A stretch of 64,000 nucleotides of DNA from an uncultured bacterium (GTDB lineage: Bacteria > Zixibacteria > MSB-5A5 > GN15 > FEB-12): assembly GCA_965372795.1 (NCBI GenBank), contig CBDVDR010000008.1, positions 64,001 through 128,000 of the forward strand, written 5' to 3'. Position 1 is the stretch's first letter; every line of letters starts with the position of its first letter. The translations under genes and the position numbers were made by a program. Shown here piece by piece: positions 9,569 through 20,228 of the stretch. Under the pieces are notes generated by a model, which saw only the letters and a list, made by a program, of their open reading frames with translations, did no database searches and had not been told where the DNA came from.

Positions 9569-10513
9569 ATGGATCTTTCTCCAAATGATATTCGGAATTA
9601 TGAATTTCAATCTCAGCTCCGCGGCTATGAAAAAGAAGCCGTTGAGTCGGTATTGGAACAAGTCGCTAATGAACTGGAAGAGCTTAAACAGGCAAACCTA
9701 AAATTGTCGATGGAGCTTGATTCTGTACAGAATCAATTTAACGGACTTAAGCAGTTTGAAGACACAATTAAAAGCGCTGCCATTGATGCCCGTCGTAATG
9801 CTGATATGACAATGGAAAATGCCAAAAAAGAAGCAGAAGAGTTGCTTGAAGATGCAAAGACTAAAGCGGAAAAAAGTATTACAGAGAATTCTAACAAAGT
9901 TCATGAAATAGAGAATCAACTTTCACAACTCGATTTGACCAAACGTTCCTATATCACGAAACTTCGCGGATTAATCCAATCGCACCTTGAGATAGTTGAC
10001 GAAATTGCAGAAGCCGAACTTCCCAAAGAAGTTAATTTAACTGCAAACGATTCAGACAAAATTGAAGTTACTGATTCAAGTGAAGTTGAAGCAAAAATCA
10101 GAGAAAATATTTCAACCGTACCAAGCAATATTGAAGGCGTTGATGCCGAAGAGTCGACGGTTTCTGATCCATTAATTGAAGCTGAGAAAGCGGCCAATAA
10201 CGATGAATCAGAAGTTGATCCTGAATTGGAAGCTGCGATTAAAGGTTTTAGAAGTAATGATGATTCAGAAAGCGACCAACAACAATCTTCCGAACCGGTT
10301 GCTGAGACTAAAACCGATCCTCAAACCGGATGGGTTGAAACAGACCGCAAAGCCGAAGATGTTCCCCCCGAATTTATTACCGGTTCTGAAGTAAATGAAC
10401 ATAATGAACAGCCGGCTCAAAATCAGGAAGCTCCACCGGAAGATCTCGGAATTGAACTTGACCGGGTCGCGGCTAAATTTGAAGAGGAAATGGACAAAGC
10501 AGACAAATCATAA
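9569..10513 (+). CDS. divIVA: DivIVA-domain protein with long acidic C-terminal tail
   Basis: LSPNDIRNYEF..LRGY..EAVESVL, coiled coil; located after yggS. Confidence 0.85.
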   Translation: MDLSPNDIRNYEFQSQLRGYEKEAVESVLEQVANELEELKQANLKLSMELDSVQNQFNGLKQFEDTIKSAAIDARRNADMTMENAKKEAEELLEDAKTKAEKSITENSNKVHEIENQLSQLDLTKRSYITKLRGLIQSHLEIVDEIAEAELPKEVNLTANDSDKIEVTDSSEVEAKIRENISTVPSNIEGVDAEESTVSDPLIEAEKAANNDESEVDPELEAAIKGFRSNDDSESDQQQSSEPVAETKTDPQTGWVETDRKAEDVPPEFITGSEVNEHNEQPAQNQEAPPEDLGIELDRVAAKFEEEMDKADKS

Positions 10514-10535
10514 TTAAAATTCCTTCCTCAGCAAT

Positions 10536-10573
10536 AAAAGATCGGCCTAATATTCCTACCTGGCCGATCTTTT
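10536..10573 (+). terminator. Intrinsic terminator after divIVA
   Basis: AAAAGATCGGCC...GGCCGATCTTTT. Confidence 0.6.
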
Positions 10574-10739
10574 TGAATATACACACTTCTCACAATAAGT
10601 AAGATTTCTCAAATATTCCGATTATAACTCACAGTAATTTTCTGATATAAATATCTCTGATATTCAATTTCTATTTTACAAATCGGTTAGTTCTGTTTAT
10701 TCTCTCTGTTAGTAAATGAATTATAAAAGGGAGTTTAAA

Positions 10740-11576
10740 TTGGACACAGTAAATGAAATGAACAGAATGCTTGATGAAGCGGTCGCATATATCAGAACTC
10801 AAACTGATTTTGTCCCCAAAATTGGAATTATTTTAGGAACCGGATTAGGTTCCTTGGTTGATGGAATTGAAATGGTTGACACTGTTGATTATGACAAAAT
10901 TCCTAACTTCCCAGTCTCAACGGTCGAATCTCATGCCGGGAAATTACTATTTGGTAATCTCAAGGGAAAACCGGTTGTCTGTATGCAGGGACGTTTTCAC
11001 TATTACGAAGGATACTCATTCCAGCAGATAGCTTTCCCGATTCGAGTTATGAAAAAACTCGGCATGGAAACAATTATTGTCTCAAACGCCTGTGGCGGGA
11101 TGAATCCAAATTTCAAAGCCGGCGATATTATGCTGATTAAAGATCATATTAATTTCTTCCCGGGTAATCCGCTGATCGGTCCCAATGATGACACGATGGG
11201 TGACCGTTTCCCGGATATGTACGAAGTTTACAACTTCAAACTTCAGACGCTCGCCAAAGAGGTAGCCATGGAGCAGGGGCTTCGAATGCAGGAAGGTGTC
11301 TATGTCGGGTTGACCGGACCTTGTCTTGAAACCGGAGCTGAGTACCGGATGCTTCGCGGTTTTGGAGCAGATGTGGTTGGGATGTCAACCGTTCCGGAAG
11401 TTATTGCTGCCCATCACCAGCACAACAAAGTTTTGGGTTTTTCGATTGTCACCGACATGGGGCTGGCGGACAATATGCACCGTTGTTCTTTGGATGATGT
11501 TATCCGGATGGCTGGTGAAGCCGAACCGAAACTTCGCGATTTGATCGCCGGCTGTGTTGAAAAAATGATGATATAA
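10740..11576 (+). CDS. punA: Purine nucleoside phosphorylase (trimeric type)
   Basis: IILGTGLG, GRFHYYEG, SNACGG, ETGAE, VGMSTVPE; TTG start after AGGGAG. Confidence 0.92.
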   Translation: MDTVNEMNRMLDEAVAYIRTQTDFVPKIGIILGTGLGSLVDGIEMVDTVDYDKIPNFPVSTVESHAGKLLFGNLKGKPVVCMQGRFHYYEGYSFQQIAFPIRVMKKLGMETIIVSNACGGMNPNFKAGDIMLIKDHINFFPGNPLIGPNDDTMGDRFPDMYEVYNFKLQTLAKEVAMEQGLRMQEGVYVGLTGPCLETGAEYRMLRGFGADVVGMSTVPEVIAAHHQHNKVLGFSIVTDMGLADNMHRCSLDDVIRMAGEAEPKLRDLIAGCVEKMMI

Positions 11577-11625
11577 TCACGTTGACAGGTATAGCCTGTC
11601 TATTTAATTATTATAAGTTCGTTTA

Positions 11626-11653
11626 AGGTGTGGAGTAATCCACACCTATTTTT
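11626..11653 (+). terminator. Intrinsic terminator after punA
   Basis: AGGTGTGGA-GTAA-TCCACACCT followed by ATTTTT. Confidence 0.65.
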
Positions 11654-11779
11654 CAATAAAATATTATTACTTCAAATCGTAACAGAATAAATCTAACAAG
11701 TTAAAAATCCCTCCATTTGTCCGATAATAAATTTAATAAACAAATTATGTGAAAATTACAAATTGTTGAAGGGGCTGCT

Positions 11780-13090
11780 ATGTTGAAGAAACAATTCTCA
11801 AGATTAACTATCCTCATGATCTATATTGGAACCCTTCTGTTATCGATTCTTTCATTTTTCACCACTTATGCCGGAATGACGATTCTCTTAAATGAAAATC
11901 TCGCCCTGATCGGTTCTCTCGGTCTGCAAATCGCCATGCTGGGGATTGCCTGGAATTTAATGAAAATCAAAGAAAAACGTATTGCCTATATATCCGTTTT
12001 TTGCCTGGCTGCCTCTTTTTCGATTTTCTTTTCTTATGCAAATTTTGACACCAACCTGAAAGAAAATACCCGGATTGACTCGGCCCGTAAAAATTATACC
12101 AATGCCGCCCGCAATGTTTTAGCCGACTATTCAAAAACCGCTCGTGATGCCGCCCTCAAGGGACGCTATCAAATCGACCGGTTGAATACCCTTATGACAT
12201 TAGAAAAAACAAAAGGGTGGGCGACGGCTGTTGATGAAGGCTCCGGTGATCCGTTCATTCAGAATTTTCTTGATGGCGCCCGCGCAACGGTTGCATCATG
12301 GGAAAGATTAAATAGTAAAAAATATTCACAAGGGATCGGCGAAGGAATTATTTACAATTATTTTACTGGTAAAATCACTCAAGTTGAAACCAACATGATT
12401 TTGGTTAATAATTATATCACTAAACTAAATAATACTTCACAAAAACTCAATAGCACTCTTACCGTAGAAGATCAAAGTAAAATTGTTAATGATGTCTGGG
12501 CAAAATTCCCCATATCTGAAATAGCCCTAATGACCGCTACGGTTCCGGTTTATTCAAATCCGCCAAATCGCGCTGATTTTGTCGAAACACCCAAAACCCG
12601 CCAACAAGCTTTTATGATGGTTATCAATGATTTCGCCGAGATGGACAGGCTGGCAACCTTCTCTTTGTTATTAGCTTTTGCTATAGACTTTATTGTCATA
12701 CTGATGGCGTTCGTTGGAAGCTACCGGGTTGATGAAATCGACTTTCTGTTTGACCGGGTGCGTGTGGATACCGTCAACAGATTGAAAAAACTATCTCTTG
12801 ATAACAGTTCTTCGATTGATGAAGTAACCGATGAGTCTTTACATAAAATTCAAAAAGCATCTGATTTTGGTATTAACATGATTAAGAGTCAAAGAGATTA
12901 TGACAATCGCAAGAAGCAAATAAAAATCGTTCTGAAACGAAAAGGCGAAGAAGCTATTCGCGAAGATCTCAGACAGGAAAATATGGATGAAATTTCACAA
13001 AAACGATTTACCCCTGAACAGCATACAGCAACGATTAGCCGGATGCGAACCCTTATGGAATCCAAAGAAGAAGAGACGATTAGTTTGTAA
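11780..13090 (+). CDS. Hypothetical membrane protein (three N-terminal TMs, soluble domain, one further TM, coiled tail)
   Basis: Hydrophobic segments visible in translation; SD-like GGGG. Confidence 0.65.
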   Translation: MLKKQFSRLTILMIYIGTLLLSILSFFTTYAGMTILLNENLALIGSLGLQIAMLGIAWNLMKIKEKRIAYISVFCLAASFSIFFSYANFDTNLKENTRIDSARKNYTNAARNVLADYSKTARDAALKGRYQIDRLNTLMTLEKTKGWATAVDEGSGDPFIQNFLDGARATVASWERLNSKKYSQGIGEGIIYNYFTGKITQVETNMILVNNYITKLNNTSQKLNSTLTVEDQSKIVNDVWAKFPISEIALMTATVPVYSNPPNRADFVETPKTRQQAFMMVINDFAEMDRLATFSLLLAFAIDFIVILMAFVGSYRVDEIDFLFDRVRVDTVNRLKKLSLDNSSSIDEVTDESLHKIQKASDFGINMIKSQRDYDNRKKQIKIVLKRKGEEAIREDLRQENMDEISQKRFTPEQHTATISRMRTLMESKEEETISL

Positions 13091-13145
13091 AACAAAACTT
13101 TAATAAATTTCTTGGTGTAATTTGAGTCTACAGTTCAAATGATTA

Positions 13146-13175
13146 AAGGTGCAGTGAAGTCTGCACCTTTTTTTA
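13146..13175. terminator. Bidirectional intrinsic terminator
   Basis: AAAGGTGCAG-TGAAGT-CTGCACCTTTTTTT between convergent genes. Confidence 0.75.
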
Positions 13176-13195
13176 TTAAAAAAAGAAGCAATGCT

Positions 13196-14446
13196 TCAAA
13201 ATCCGGTCATGCAGACCGGTTTTTCTTCGACATAAAAAAGTTTGTTTAAGACCTCAACAAATGATATATCAGAAATTTTTATCAATGAAAAGTCGTAGAG
13301 TGATTTAAAATTAACCGCGCCCATCACAAGGGATGACAATTCGGACACATCTATGTCAACCTCGACCTCATAACTACCGTCATTATCAGTCGACAAAGTA
13401 CCATTTTCAAAATGAAGGATTATACTGCCGGCATTTGATGGATAAAAAGAATCGGCAACATTGAATTTTAATTTTATTGTTTGATTGTTAAAGTTATGGT
13501 CTGCCATCTGCACAAACAGACCGTCAGTATCAATAATGCGATACATCATCCCGGCTCCCATAATGCTGCTTTCGTGGTACACCGAGGGAATCATATTCAT
13601 GGTGCCATTGCGGGGGTCTTTGAGCATCGTATAAAAATATTCATCACTGGTTCTGAAAATAACCCGGTTAATCTGGTCAAACTGAATATGCAAATAGGTC
13701 ATCATCTCGCTTAAGGCTTCCGGGTTTTCATAAATCATCTCTTCAACAACCATATCATTTTCGATGAAAGAATCACCATCAGCTTTGGTGAATGATAAAA
13801 TCATATACCCTTCGACTTTATTATTTTTGACACAGCCGATACATTTGAAAGTTTTGTTTCTTTCGATCCGCAGTTTTCTCGTGTAGGACGATTCTTCTAT
13901 CATTCCATGAGTTTTTTCAACATAGCGGTTATAACAATCGTTGAGAATCTCAGTATCATCTAAAGTCAAATACCTGATATGCTTTTTGTTGGTGCGTGGG
14001 AGATGTTCCGGTTTGACTTTGTAGACATATATTTTAGTTCCATACCCCCACCCCATAGCTTTGTAGAAATCATGGCGGAAAGCCCAAAGGATAGTCATTG
14101 AAGCGCCCAGTTTTTTATAATGATCCAGATAAAATTCGACCATTTCTTTGGCAACATGTTCTTTTTTGTGGAGCAGGTCAACCGCAACGGCACCCAGTCC
14201 GCCGGCAAGGATTTTCTTATTGTGGAAATTCATTTGAAAATCAAAAAACCTCATCACACCCAAAATTTCATCTTCCCGGAGAAGTCCATACATTGAATAT
14301 CTGGGGTCCTTGTCAGCTTTAATGAAAATTTCCCTATATTTTTTACGCTCTTCTTCGTTTTTTACCATAAAAGCCGGATAAGCGTCTGAGAACAAATCTA
14401 TAAACCGGTCAATTTCGTTTTCATTTAATTTTCTAATCTGGCTCAT
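13196..14446 (-). CDS. Eis-family GNAT acetyltransferase with C-terminal SCP2-like domain
   Basis: GLGAVAVDLLHKKEHVAK, FYKAMGWG, MYRIID; 416-aa length. Confidence 0.85.
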   Translation of the reverse strand: MSQIRKLNENEIDRFIDLFSDAYPAFMVKNEEERKKYREIFIKADKDPRYSMYGLLREDEILGVMRFFDFQMNFHNKKILAGGLGAVAVDLLHKKEHVAKEMVEFYLDHYKKLGASMTILWAFRHDFYKAMGWGYGTKIYVYKVKPEHLPRTNKKHIRYLTLDDTEILNDCYNRYVEKTHGMIEESSYTRKLRIERNKTFKCIGCVKNNKVEGYMILSFTKADGDSFIENDMVVEEMIYENPEALSEMMTYLHIQFDQINRVIFRTSDEYFYTMLKDPRNGTMNMIPSVYHESSIMGAGMMYRIIDTDGLFVQMADHNFNNQTIKLKFNVADSFYPSNAGSIILHFENGTLSTDNDGSYEVEVDIDVSELSSLVMGAVNFKSLYDFSLIKISDISFVEVLNKLFYVEEKPVCMTGF

Positions 14447-14593
14447 ACATTTTTCCTATGTTAAACATTATCTTCTTAGCTACGTATAATAGAGTTAAAT
14501 GTTTAAATTTCAACAAATGATTATTTTTTTGATTTTTTGCATTTATTTTCAGATACTAAGGCAAGGAATATTAATTAATTTGAAAGGTATAAA

Positions 14594-16414
14594 ATGACTC
14601 CTGAAAACATTACTGCCGTTGATGAAACAATGACGCGCGATAAAATTGACGATAAACTCAAATGGGATCTGACAGATCTTTATAAGAGCGATCAGGATTG
14701 GGAAAATGATCTTGAAAAAGCCAAAACAATGATCGAGGAAGCCAAAAAATTTACCGGACAGTTAAGCAGTTCTGCCAAGACTCTTTACGATTGTCTTACT
14801 GCCCGTGGGAAATTGAACGAGACAACTTTTTCGCTTTATCAGTATGCTCATCTTAACAAAGATCTCGATAACAGGGATTCCAAATATCAGGCGATGGACG
14901 ACCGGGCGGCAATGTTGAGCGCTAATGCCGGAGCTGCGTTTTCATTTGTTGAACCTGAACTTCTGAAATTATCTGATGAACAGCTTCTGGAATTATCAGC
15001 CCAGTTTGAAAAAAAAGATGAGTATGATTTTTATATTAAAGAACTGATCCGTTCAAGGGCGCATATCCGTTCAGAGGAAGTCGAGGAAATTCTGGCACAG
15101 ACAGCTATGATCTCTCGCAGTCCGATGTCTATATTTTCGATGCTTGATAATGCTGATATTGTTTATCCGTCAATTAAAGATGAAAACGGTAATGAAGTGC
15201 AATTAACCAAACAGGTGTTTGCGAAGTTCATGGAATCATCTGATGCCCGCGTTCGTAAGGATGCCAGCGATGCCTTTTATACTCCATACAAAAATCATAT
15301 CAACACCCTCGGAGCATCGTTGTCATCTTCGGTTAACAAAGATATATTTTATTCCCGTTCAAGGAAATTTGAATCTGCTCTTGAAGCCTCGCTTGATAGT
15401 GATTTTATCCCGACCGAGGTTTATCATTCGTTGCTCGATAGCACCGAAGCAAATCTGCAGGGGCTTCATAAGTATGTTGAGTTGAGGAAGAAAATTCTCA
15501 AACTTGATGATATCCATCCTTATGATATTATCTGTCCTTTGTTTCCTGATCAAAATTATGAGGTTGAATACGACGATGCGATCAAAGAAATAATGATTGC
15601 CGTCAAACCTCTGGGTGATGAATATTGTCAGTCGCTTCAAAAGGCATTTGACTCGCGCTGGATTGATGTCTATGAAACACCCGGTAAAGAAAGTGGCGCC
15701 TACAACTGGGGTAACTACAATGTTCATCCTTTTATTTTGATGAACTACAATAAAACCGTTGATAATATGTTTACGCTGGCTCATGAGATGGGTCATGCCA
15801 TGCACAGCAAATTCTCAAGCGGTAAACAATATTTTTCAAAAGCTCATTATTCGATATTTGTTGCCGAGGTTGCCTCGACTTTGAACGAAGGACTTCTGCT
15901 GGAACATCTTCTTAAAAAAGCTACCGACAAAAAAGAGCGATTGTATCTGTTGAATCGACATATTGATAACACTGTTGGAACATATTTCAATCAGAATCTT
16001 TATGCCCGTTTTGAATTATTGATTCATGCCGAGGTTGAAAAGGGCGGAGCTTTGTCGCCGGATATGATGACTGAGGTGTGGAGAGAATTGACACAGAAAT
16101 ATTATGGTCCGGGATTTGTAATTGATGATCTTTCAGCACTCAAATGGTGCCGGATTCCTCATTTTTATATGACCTATTATGTATTTCAATATGCAACATC
16201 GTACGCCGCCTCGCAGGCAATTTTGACAAAATTCTTAAGTGGTGATGATACAATTATAGAAAAATATTTGACCTTGCTTTCAGCGGGTGGTTCGGATTAT
16301 CCGATTGAACTGCTTAAAAAATGCGATGTTGACATGACAACCGACGAACCGATTAAGGCAACCTTGAAATTGTTCTCCGACCAGATTGATGAGATGGAGA
16401 AGCTAACGAATTAA
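14594..16414 (+). CDS. pepF: Oligoendopeptidase F (M3B)
   Basis: KWDLTDLY, RWIDVYE..GKESGAY, TLAHEMGHAMHS, AEVAST, IPHFY. Confidence 0.95.
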   Translation: MTPENITAVDETMTRDKIDDKLKWDLTDLYKSDQDWENDLEKAKTMIEEAKKFTGQLSSSAKTLYDCLTARGKLNETTFSLYQYAHLNKDLDNRDSKYQAMDDRAAMLSANAGAAFSFVEPELLKLSDEQLLELSAQFEKKDEYDFYIKELIRSRAHIRSEEVEEILAQTAMISRSPMSIFSMLDNADIVYPSIKDENGNEVQLTKQVFAKFMESSDARVRKDASDAFYTPYKNHINTLGASLSSSVNKDIFYSRSRKFESALEASLDSDFIPTEVYHSLLDSTEANLQGLHKYVELRKKILKLDDIHPYDIICPLFPDQNYEVEYDDAIKEIMIAVKPLGDEYCQSLQKAFDSRWIDVYETPGKESGAYNWGNYNVHPFILMNYNKTVDNMFTLAHEMGHAMHSKFSSGKQYFSKAHYSIFVAEVASTLNEGLLLEHLLKKATDKKERLYLLNRHIDNTVGTYFNQNLYARFELLIHAEVEKGGALSPDMMTEVWRELTQKYYGPGFVIDDLSALKWCRIPHFYMTYYVFQYATSYAASQAILTKFLSGDDTIIEKYLTLLSAGGSDYPIELLKKCDVDMTTDEPIKATLKLFSDQIDEMEKLTN

Positions 16415-16455
16415 CAGACCCTTCGGGTGCTTTATGTCTGTTTGAATTGATTATC

Positions 16456-16487
16456 GTAAGGTAGGTTTTCAGACCTACCTTACTTTT
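16456..16487 (+). terminator. Intrinsic terminator after pepF
   Basis: GTAAGGTAGGT-TTTCAG-ACCTACCTTAC-TTTT. Confidence 0.65.
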
Positions 16488-16539
16488 ATATGAATAAAAA
16501 TCGAATCCATAAGTATATATATTTAAAAGGGAGAAAAAT

Positions 16540-16836
16540 ATGACACATTATGGTGGAGGAGCCGCAGCAGCCGGTACCGCAGCAGCGGCAGCGGCAGAAA
16601 TTCAGGCGCTTAAAGCCTCGGGCGCAATTGTAAAAATTGAACCGGCAGAGTTTAAGAAAATTCTGGATAAAATCGAAGAACCGTTGGTGGTATATGCTGA
16701 AGGCGGTCTGTTTACAAAAAACTATCAATATTTGATGAATTATAAGGGGTTGTTCTTTTTCACAAAAGCAACCGAACCGATTCATCTTTCAGGACGCACC
16801 GAGATAGTTGCCGCCAAATCAATCTGGGTACCGTAG
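16540..16836 (+). CDS. Small hypothetical protein with Gly/Ala-rich N-terminus
   Basis: SD GGGAG; 98-aa ORF (ALKASGAIVKIEP, YQYLMNYKGLFFFTK). Confidence 0.7.
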   Translation: MTHYGGGAAAAGTAAAAAAEIQALKASGAIVKIEPAEFKKILDKIEEPLVVYAEGGLFTKNYQYLMNYKGLFFFTKATEPIHLSGRTEIVAAKSIWVP

Positions 16837-17035
16837 AGTAACAGACATGGTCTGTTTTAAATAATCATTAAGATGAGTCGGGAGCCCAGGGCTCCTGATA
16901 CACTTAGTTTGATTAGTGCTAAATAGTCCCCTCAAATTGCCCGAAATCGATCAAACTGGCGATTTCGGCACTTAAAACTTTACAAAATCATCAAAATTCC
17001 CTATTTTAGGCGGCTATTATGGGAAGAAAAACATT

Positions 17036-20000
17036 ATGAAATTTGATCCGTTAAAAGAGAATTTCAGCCTGCCGGCTGCCGAGGAAAAAATCCTCGAATT
17101 CTGGGATACACATAAAGTATTCGAGAAAACTAATGAAATGGTAAAAGACCGCGAGCACTTCGTATTCTACGAAGGTCCTCCGACTGCCAACGGTAAACCT
17201 GGTATTCACCATGTTCTTTCGCGCACTATCAAAGACCTTGTCTGTCGCTATAAGACAATGCAGGGCTTTCGGGTAGACCGCAAAGGCGGCTGGGATACTC
17301 ATGGCTTGCCGGTTGAAATCGAAGTTGAGAAACAACTCAATCTGACCAGTAAAAAAGAGATAATCGAATACGGTATTGGACCATTTAATAAAAAATGCCG
17401 TGAATCGGTTTTTAAATATCTTGAGGACTGGGATAAACTGACTCATCGAATCGGGTACTGGATTGACCTTGAAGATGCCTATGTTACTCTAAAAAATGAA
17501 TATATCGAAACGGTCTGGTATCTGCTGAAACAGCTTTTTGATAAAGACCTGATTTATAAAGGGCATCGAACAACCGCCTACTGCCCCCGTTGCGGAACCG
17601 GTCTGTCGAGCCATGAAGTTGCCCAGGGATACGCCGAAGTTTCCGATCCGTCTATCTATGTCAAAATGAAAGATTCCGAAGAGGATTTTTCCTATCTCGT
17701 TTGGACGACAACTCCGTGGACGCTTCCTTCGAACGCCGCAATTTGTGTCAGTGCTGAGGCTGATTATGTGATGGTCGAACATGAAGGCGAAAAACTTGTC
17801 TTAGCCGAAGCTCTGGTTGAAAAAGTTATTGGCGAACCAAAAGAACCAATCAAAAAATACAAAGGTACTGATTTACTTAAACGTAAATACGAACCGCTGT
17901 TTGATTTTTATAAAGATCAGGCTGATAAAGCTTTCTATGTTATCTCGGCTGATTTTGTAACCCTTGAAGACGGCACCGGAATCGTTCATATCGCCCCGGG
18001 GTTTGGAGCTGACGATTATGTTGTCGGACAAAAATTCGGTCTTCCTGTTTTACAGGCAATCGAACCGAATGGTCTGTTTAAAGATTTAGCCGGCGACTAT
18101 GCCGGGATGTTTATCAAAGATGCCGACAAAGTGATTATTAAAGATCTCAAAATTGCCGGTAAAATGTTCAAAAAAGAACAATATAAACATAACTACCCAT
18201 TCTGCTGGCGTTGTGATACGGCGCTGATCTATATCGCAGTTGATTCATGGTATATCAAAACTACCGAATTTAAAAAACAGCTGATTGACAATAACAACGC
18301 TGTGAACTGGATTCCGGATGAAATCCGTACCGGACGCATGGCGAACTGGCTGGAAAATAATGTTGACTGGTCGCTTTCCCGCGAACGATTCTGGGGAACA
18401 CCTCTGCCAATCTGGCTTTGTGATAATGCTTCCTGTGATAAAATGAAAGCTGTCGGTTCGATTGAACAACTTATGGAAGATGGAATAGATGTGCCTGAAG
18501 AGGTTGATCTTCACAAGCCGATGATGGATGATGTACAGCTGAAATGCGAATGCGGCGGCACGATGACCCGTACTCCTGAAGTCATTGATTGCTGGTTTGA
18601 TTCCGGTGCAATGCCTTATGCTCAATGGCATTGGCCTGCTAATAATAAAGATATTTTGAAAATAAAACATCCGGCTGACTTTATCTCTGAAGGTGTCGAC
18701 CAAACGCGCGGATGGTTCTATTCCCTTTTAGCAATATCAACCTTGCTCTTTGGAAAATCGGCATACAAAAACGTATTAGTACATGATATGATTTTGGATA
18801 AAAATGGTAAAAAGATGTCCAAAAGCAGAGGGAACGCCGTTGACCCATTGGCAACTACCGATAAATATGGCGCTGATCCGATTCGCTGGTATTTAATGTC
18901 GGCCTCTAATCTGTGGCTGCCGACTAAATTTGATACCAATGCCTTGTCCGAAGTGAGTCGAAAGTATTTTGATACACTTCGTAATACATATTCATTCTTT
19001 GCTCTTTATTCCAATATCGATCAGGTTTGTGAAAAAGCTGAGGCTGATAATCTATCAATCGAAGCCTATCTTAAATCGAAAGCCGGTGAATCAGAACGGT
19101 TTGATCTGTGGATATGGTCAAAGTATAACAGTCTTGTCAAAGAAGTGATAACAGCTCTCGATAGCTATGACTTAACCAAACCGACCCGTGCGATTCAGTA
19201 TTTTGTAATTGAAGAACTTTCCAATTGGTATGTCCGTAATAACCGCCGCCGTTTTTGGGCGGAAGGTGATGACCCTTCCAAGATGCGCGCTTATTTGACC
19301 TTGTACCGGATACTGATAGGGGTTTGTAAATTGACTGCTCCGGTAACACCATTTATATCCGAACTGATCTGGAAAGAACTTGCCGGTGAAAACCGTGAGA
19401 AACATGGCAACCCGTTGTCGATTCATTTGACAGAATTCCCAACGGCTGATGATTCGGCAATTGATAGTGAGTTGGAAGAAGCTATGGGATTAGTTGAAAA
19501 GATTGTGTCTCTGGGCAGAGCGGCAAGGTCGCGCAAGAATCTCAAAGTCCGTCAGCCACTCGGAAAAATATTGATCGGGCTTGAAAATCAGGAACAATAT
19601 GAAAAACTTTCTGATTATTTTGATATTATCAAAGATGAACTGAATATAAAAGAGATTGAATATGCCGGTGAACTTGATAAGTTTGTTTCGTTCACAGCCA
19701 AATTGAATTTCAAAACCGCCGGTCCGAAACTTGGGAAAAACGTTAAAACAGCAGCCGGTATGCTGGGTGAATTAGATTCTGAAAAGATCAGGGAATTCAA
19801 TTCAACGGGAAATTTAACCCTGAATATTGACAACAACGATGTAACCCTGACCGTAGATGAAGTACAAGTGCTTAAGGTCGAAAAGGATGGCTTCGCAATT
19901 GAAAACGGGACTAATGTTTCCATTGCGATTATAACTGATTTGACCGAAGATTTAGTTGCCGAAGGTTTCGCGCGAGAATTGGTTAATAAAATTCAGAATA

Positions 20001-20215
20001 TGCGAAAATCATCCGGTTTTGAAGTTACCGACACCGTCGAGGTGCAACTGGCTTCAACAGAACAGGTTATAAGTGCAGCTAAAAGGTTTAAGACATTTAT
20101 TTGTAAAGAAACTCTTGCAAAAAACATTTCCTTTGTTGATAATGAAGTAATTGAAAATGCAACTGAATGGAATGTTAACGGAGAAAAGACAGCTATTTTT
20201 GTAGCAAAAAACTAA
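17036..20215 (+). CDS. ileS: Isoleucine--tRNA ligase, type 2
   Basis: EGPPTANGKPGIHH, GWDTHGLP, KMSKS, type 2 C-terminus (EGFARELVNKIQNMRK). Confidence 0.97.
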   Translation: MKFDPLKENFSLPAAEEKILEFWDTHKVFEKTNEMVKDREHFVFYEGPPTANGKPGIHHVLSRTIKDLVCRYKTMQGFRVDRKGGWDTHGLPVEIEVEKQLNLTSKKEIIEYGIGPFNKKCRESVFKYLEDWDKLTHRIGYWIDLEDAYVTLKNEYIETVWYLLKQLFDKDLIYKGHRTTAYCPRCGTGLSSHEVAQGYAEVSDPSIYVKMKDSEEDFSYLVWTTTPWTLPSNAAICVSAEADYVMVEHEGEKLVLAEALVEKVIGEPKEPIKKYKGTDLLKRKYEPLFDFYKDQADKAFYVISADFVTLEDGTGIVHIAPGFGADDYVVGQKFGLPVLQAIEPNGLFKDLAGDYAGMFIKDADKVIIKDLKIAGKMFKKEQYKHNYPFCWRCDTALIYIAVDSWYIKTTEFKKQLIDNNNAVNWIPDEIRTGRMANWLENNVDWSLSRERFWGTPLPIWLCDNASCDKMKAVGSIEQLMEDGIDVPEEVDLHKPMMDDVQLKCECGGTMTRTPEVIDCWFDSGAMPYAQWHWPANNKDILKIKHPADFISEGVDQTRGWFYSLLAISTLLFGKSAYKNVLVHDMILDKNGKKMSKSRGNAVDPLATTDKYGADPIRWYLMSASNLWLPTKFDTNALSEVSRKYFDTLRNTYSFFALYSNIDQVCEKAEADNLSIEAYLKSKAGESERFDLWIWSKYNSLVKEVITALDSYDLTKPTRAIQYFVIEELSNWYVRNNRRRFWAEGDDPSKMRAYLTLYRILIGVCKLTAPVTPFISELIWKELAGENREKHGNPLSIHLTEFPTADDSAIDSELEEAMGLVEKIVSLGRAARSRKNLKVRQPLGKILIGLENQEQYEKLSDYFDIIKDELNIKEIEYAGELDKFVSFTAKLNFKTAGPKLGKNVKTAAGMLGELDSEKIREFNSTGNLTLNIDNNDVTLTVDEVQVLKVEKDGFAIENGTNVSIAIITDLTEDLVAEGFARELVNKIQNMRKSSGFEVTDTVEVQLASTEQVISAAKRFKTFICKETLAKNISFVDNEVIENATEWNVNGEKTAIFVAKN

Positions 20216-20228
20216 AATCGGAGCCGTT

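Noticed and set aside
11747..11764. Possible Rex box ATGTGAAAATTACAAATT
   Set aside because: Right half-site spacing does not fit TTGTGAA-N4-TTCACAA.
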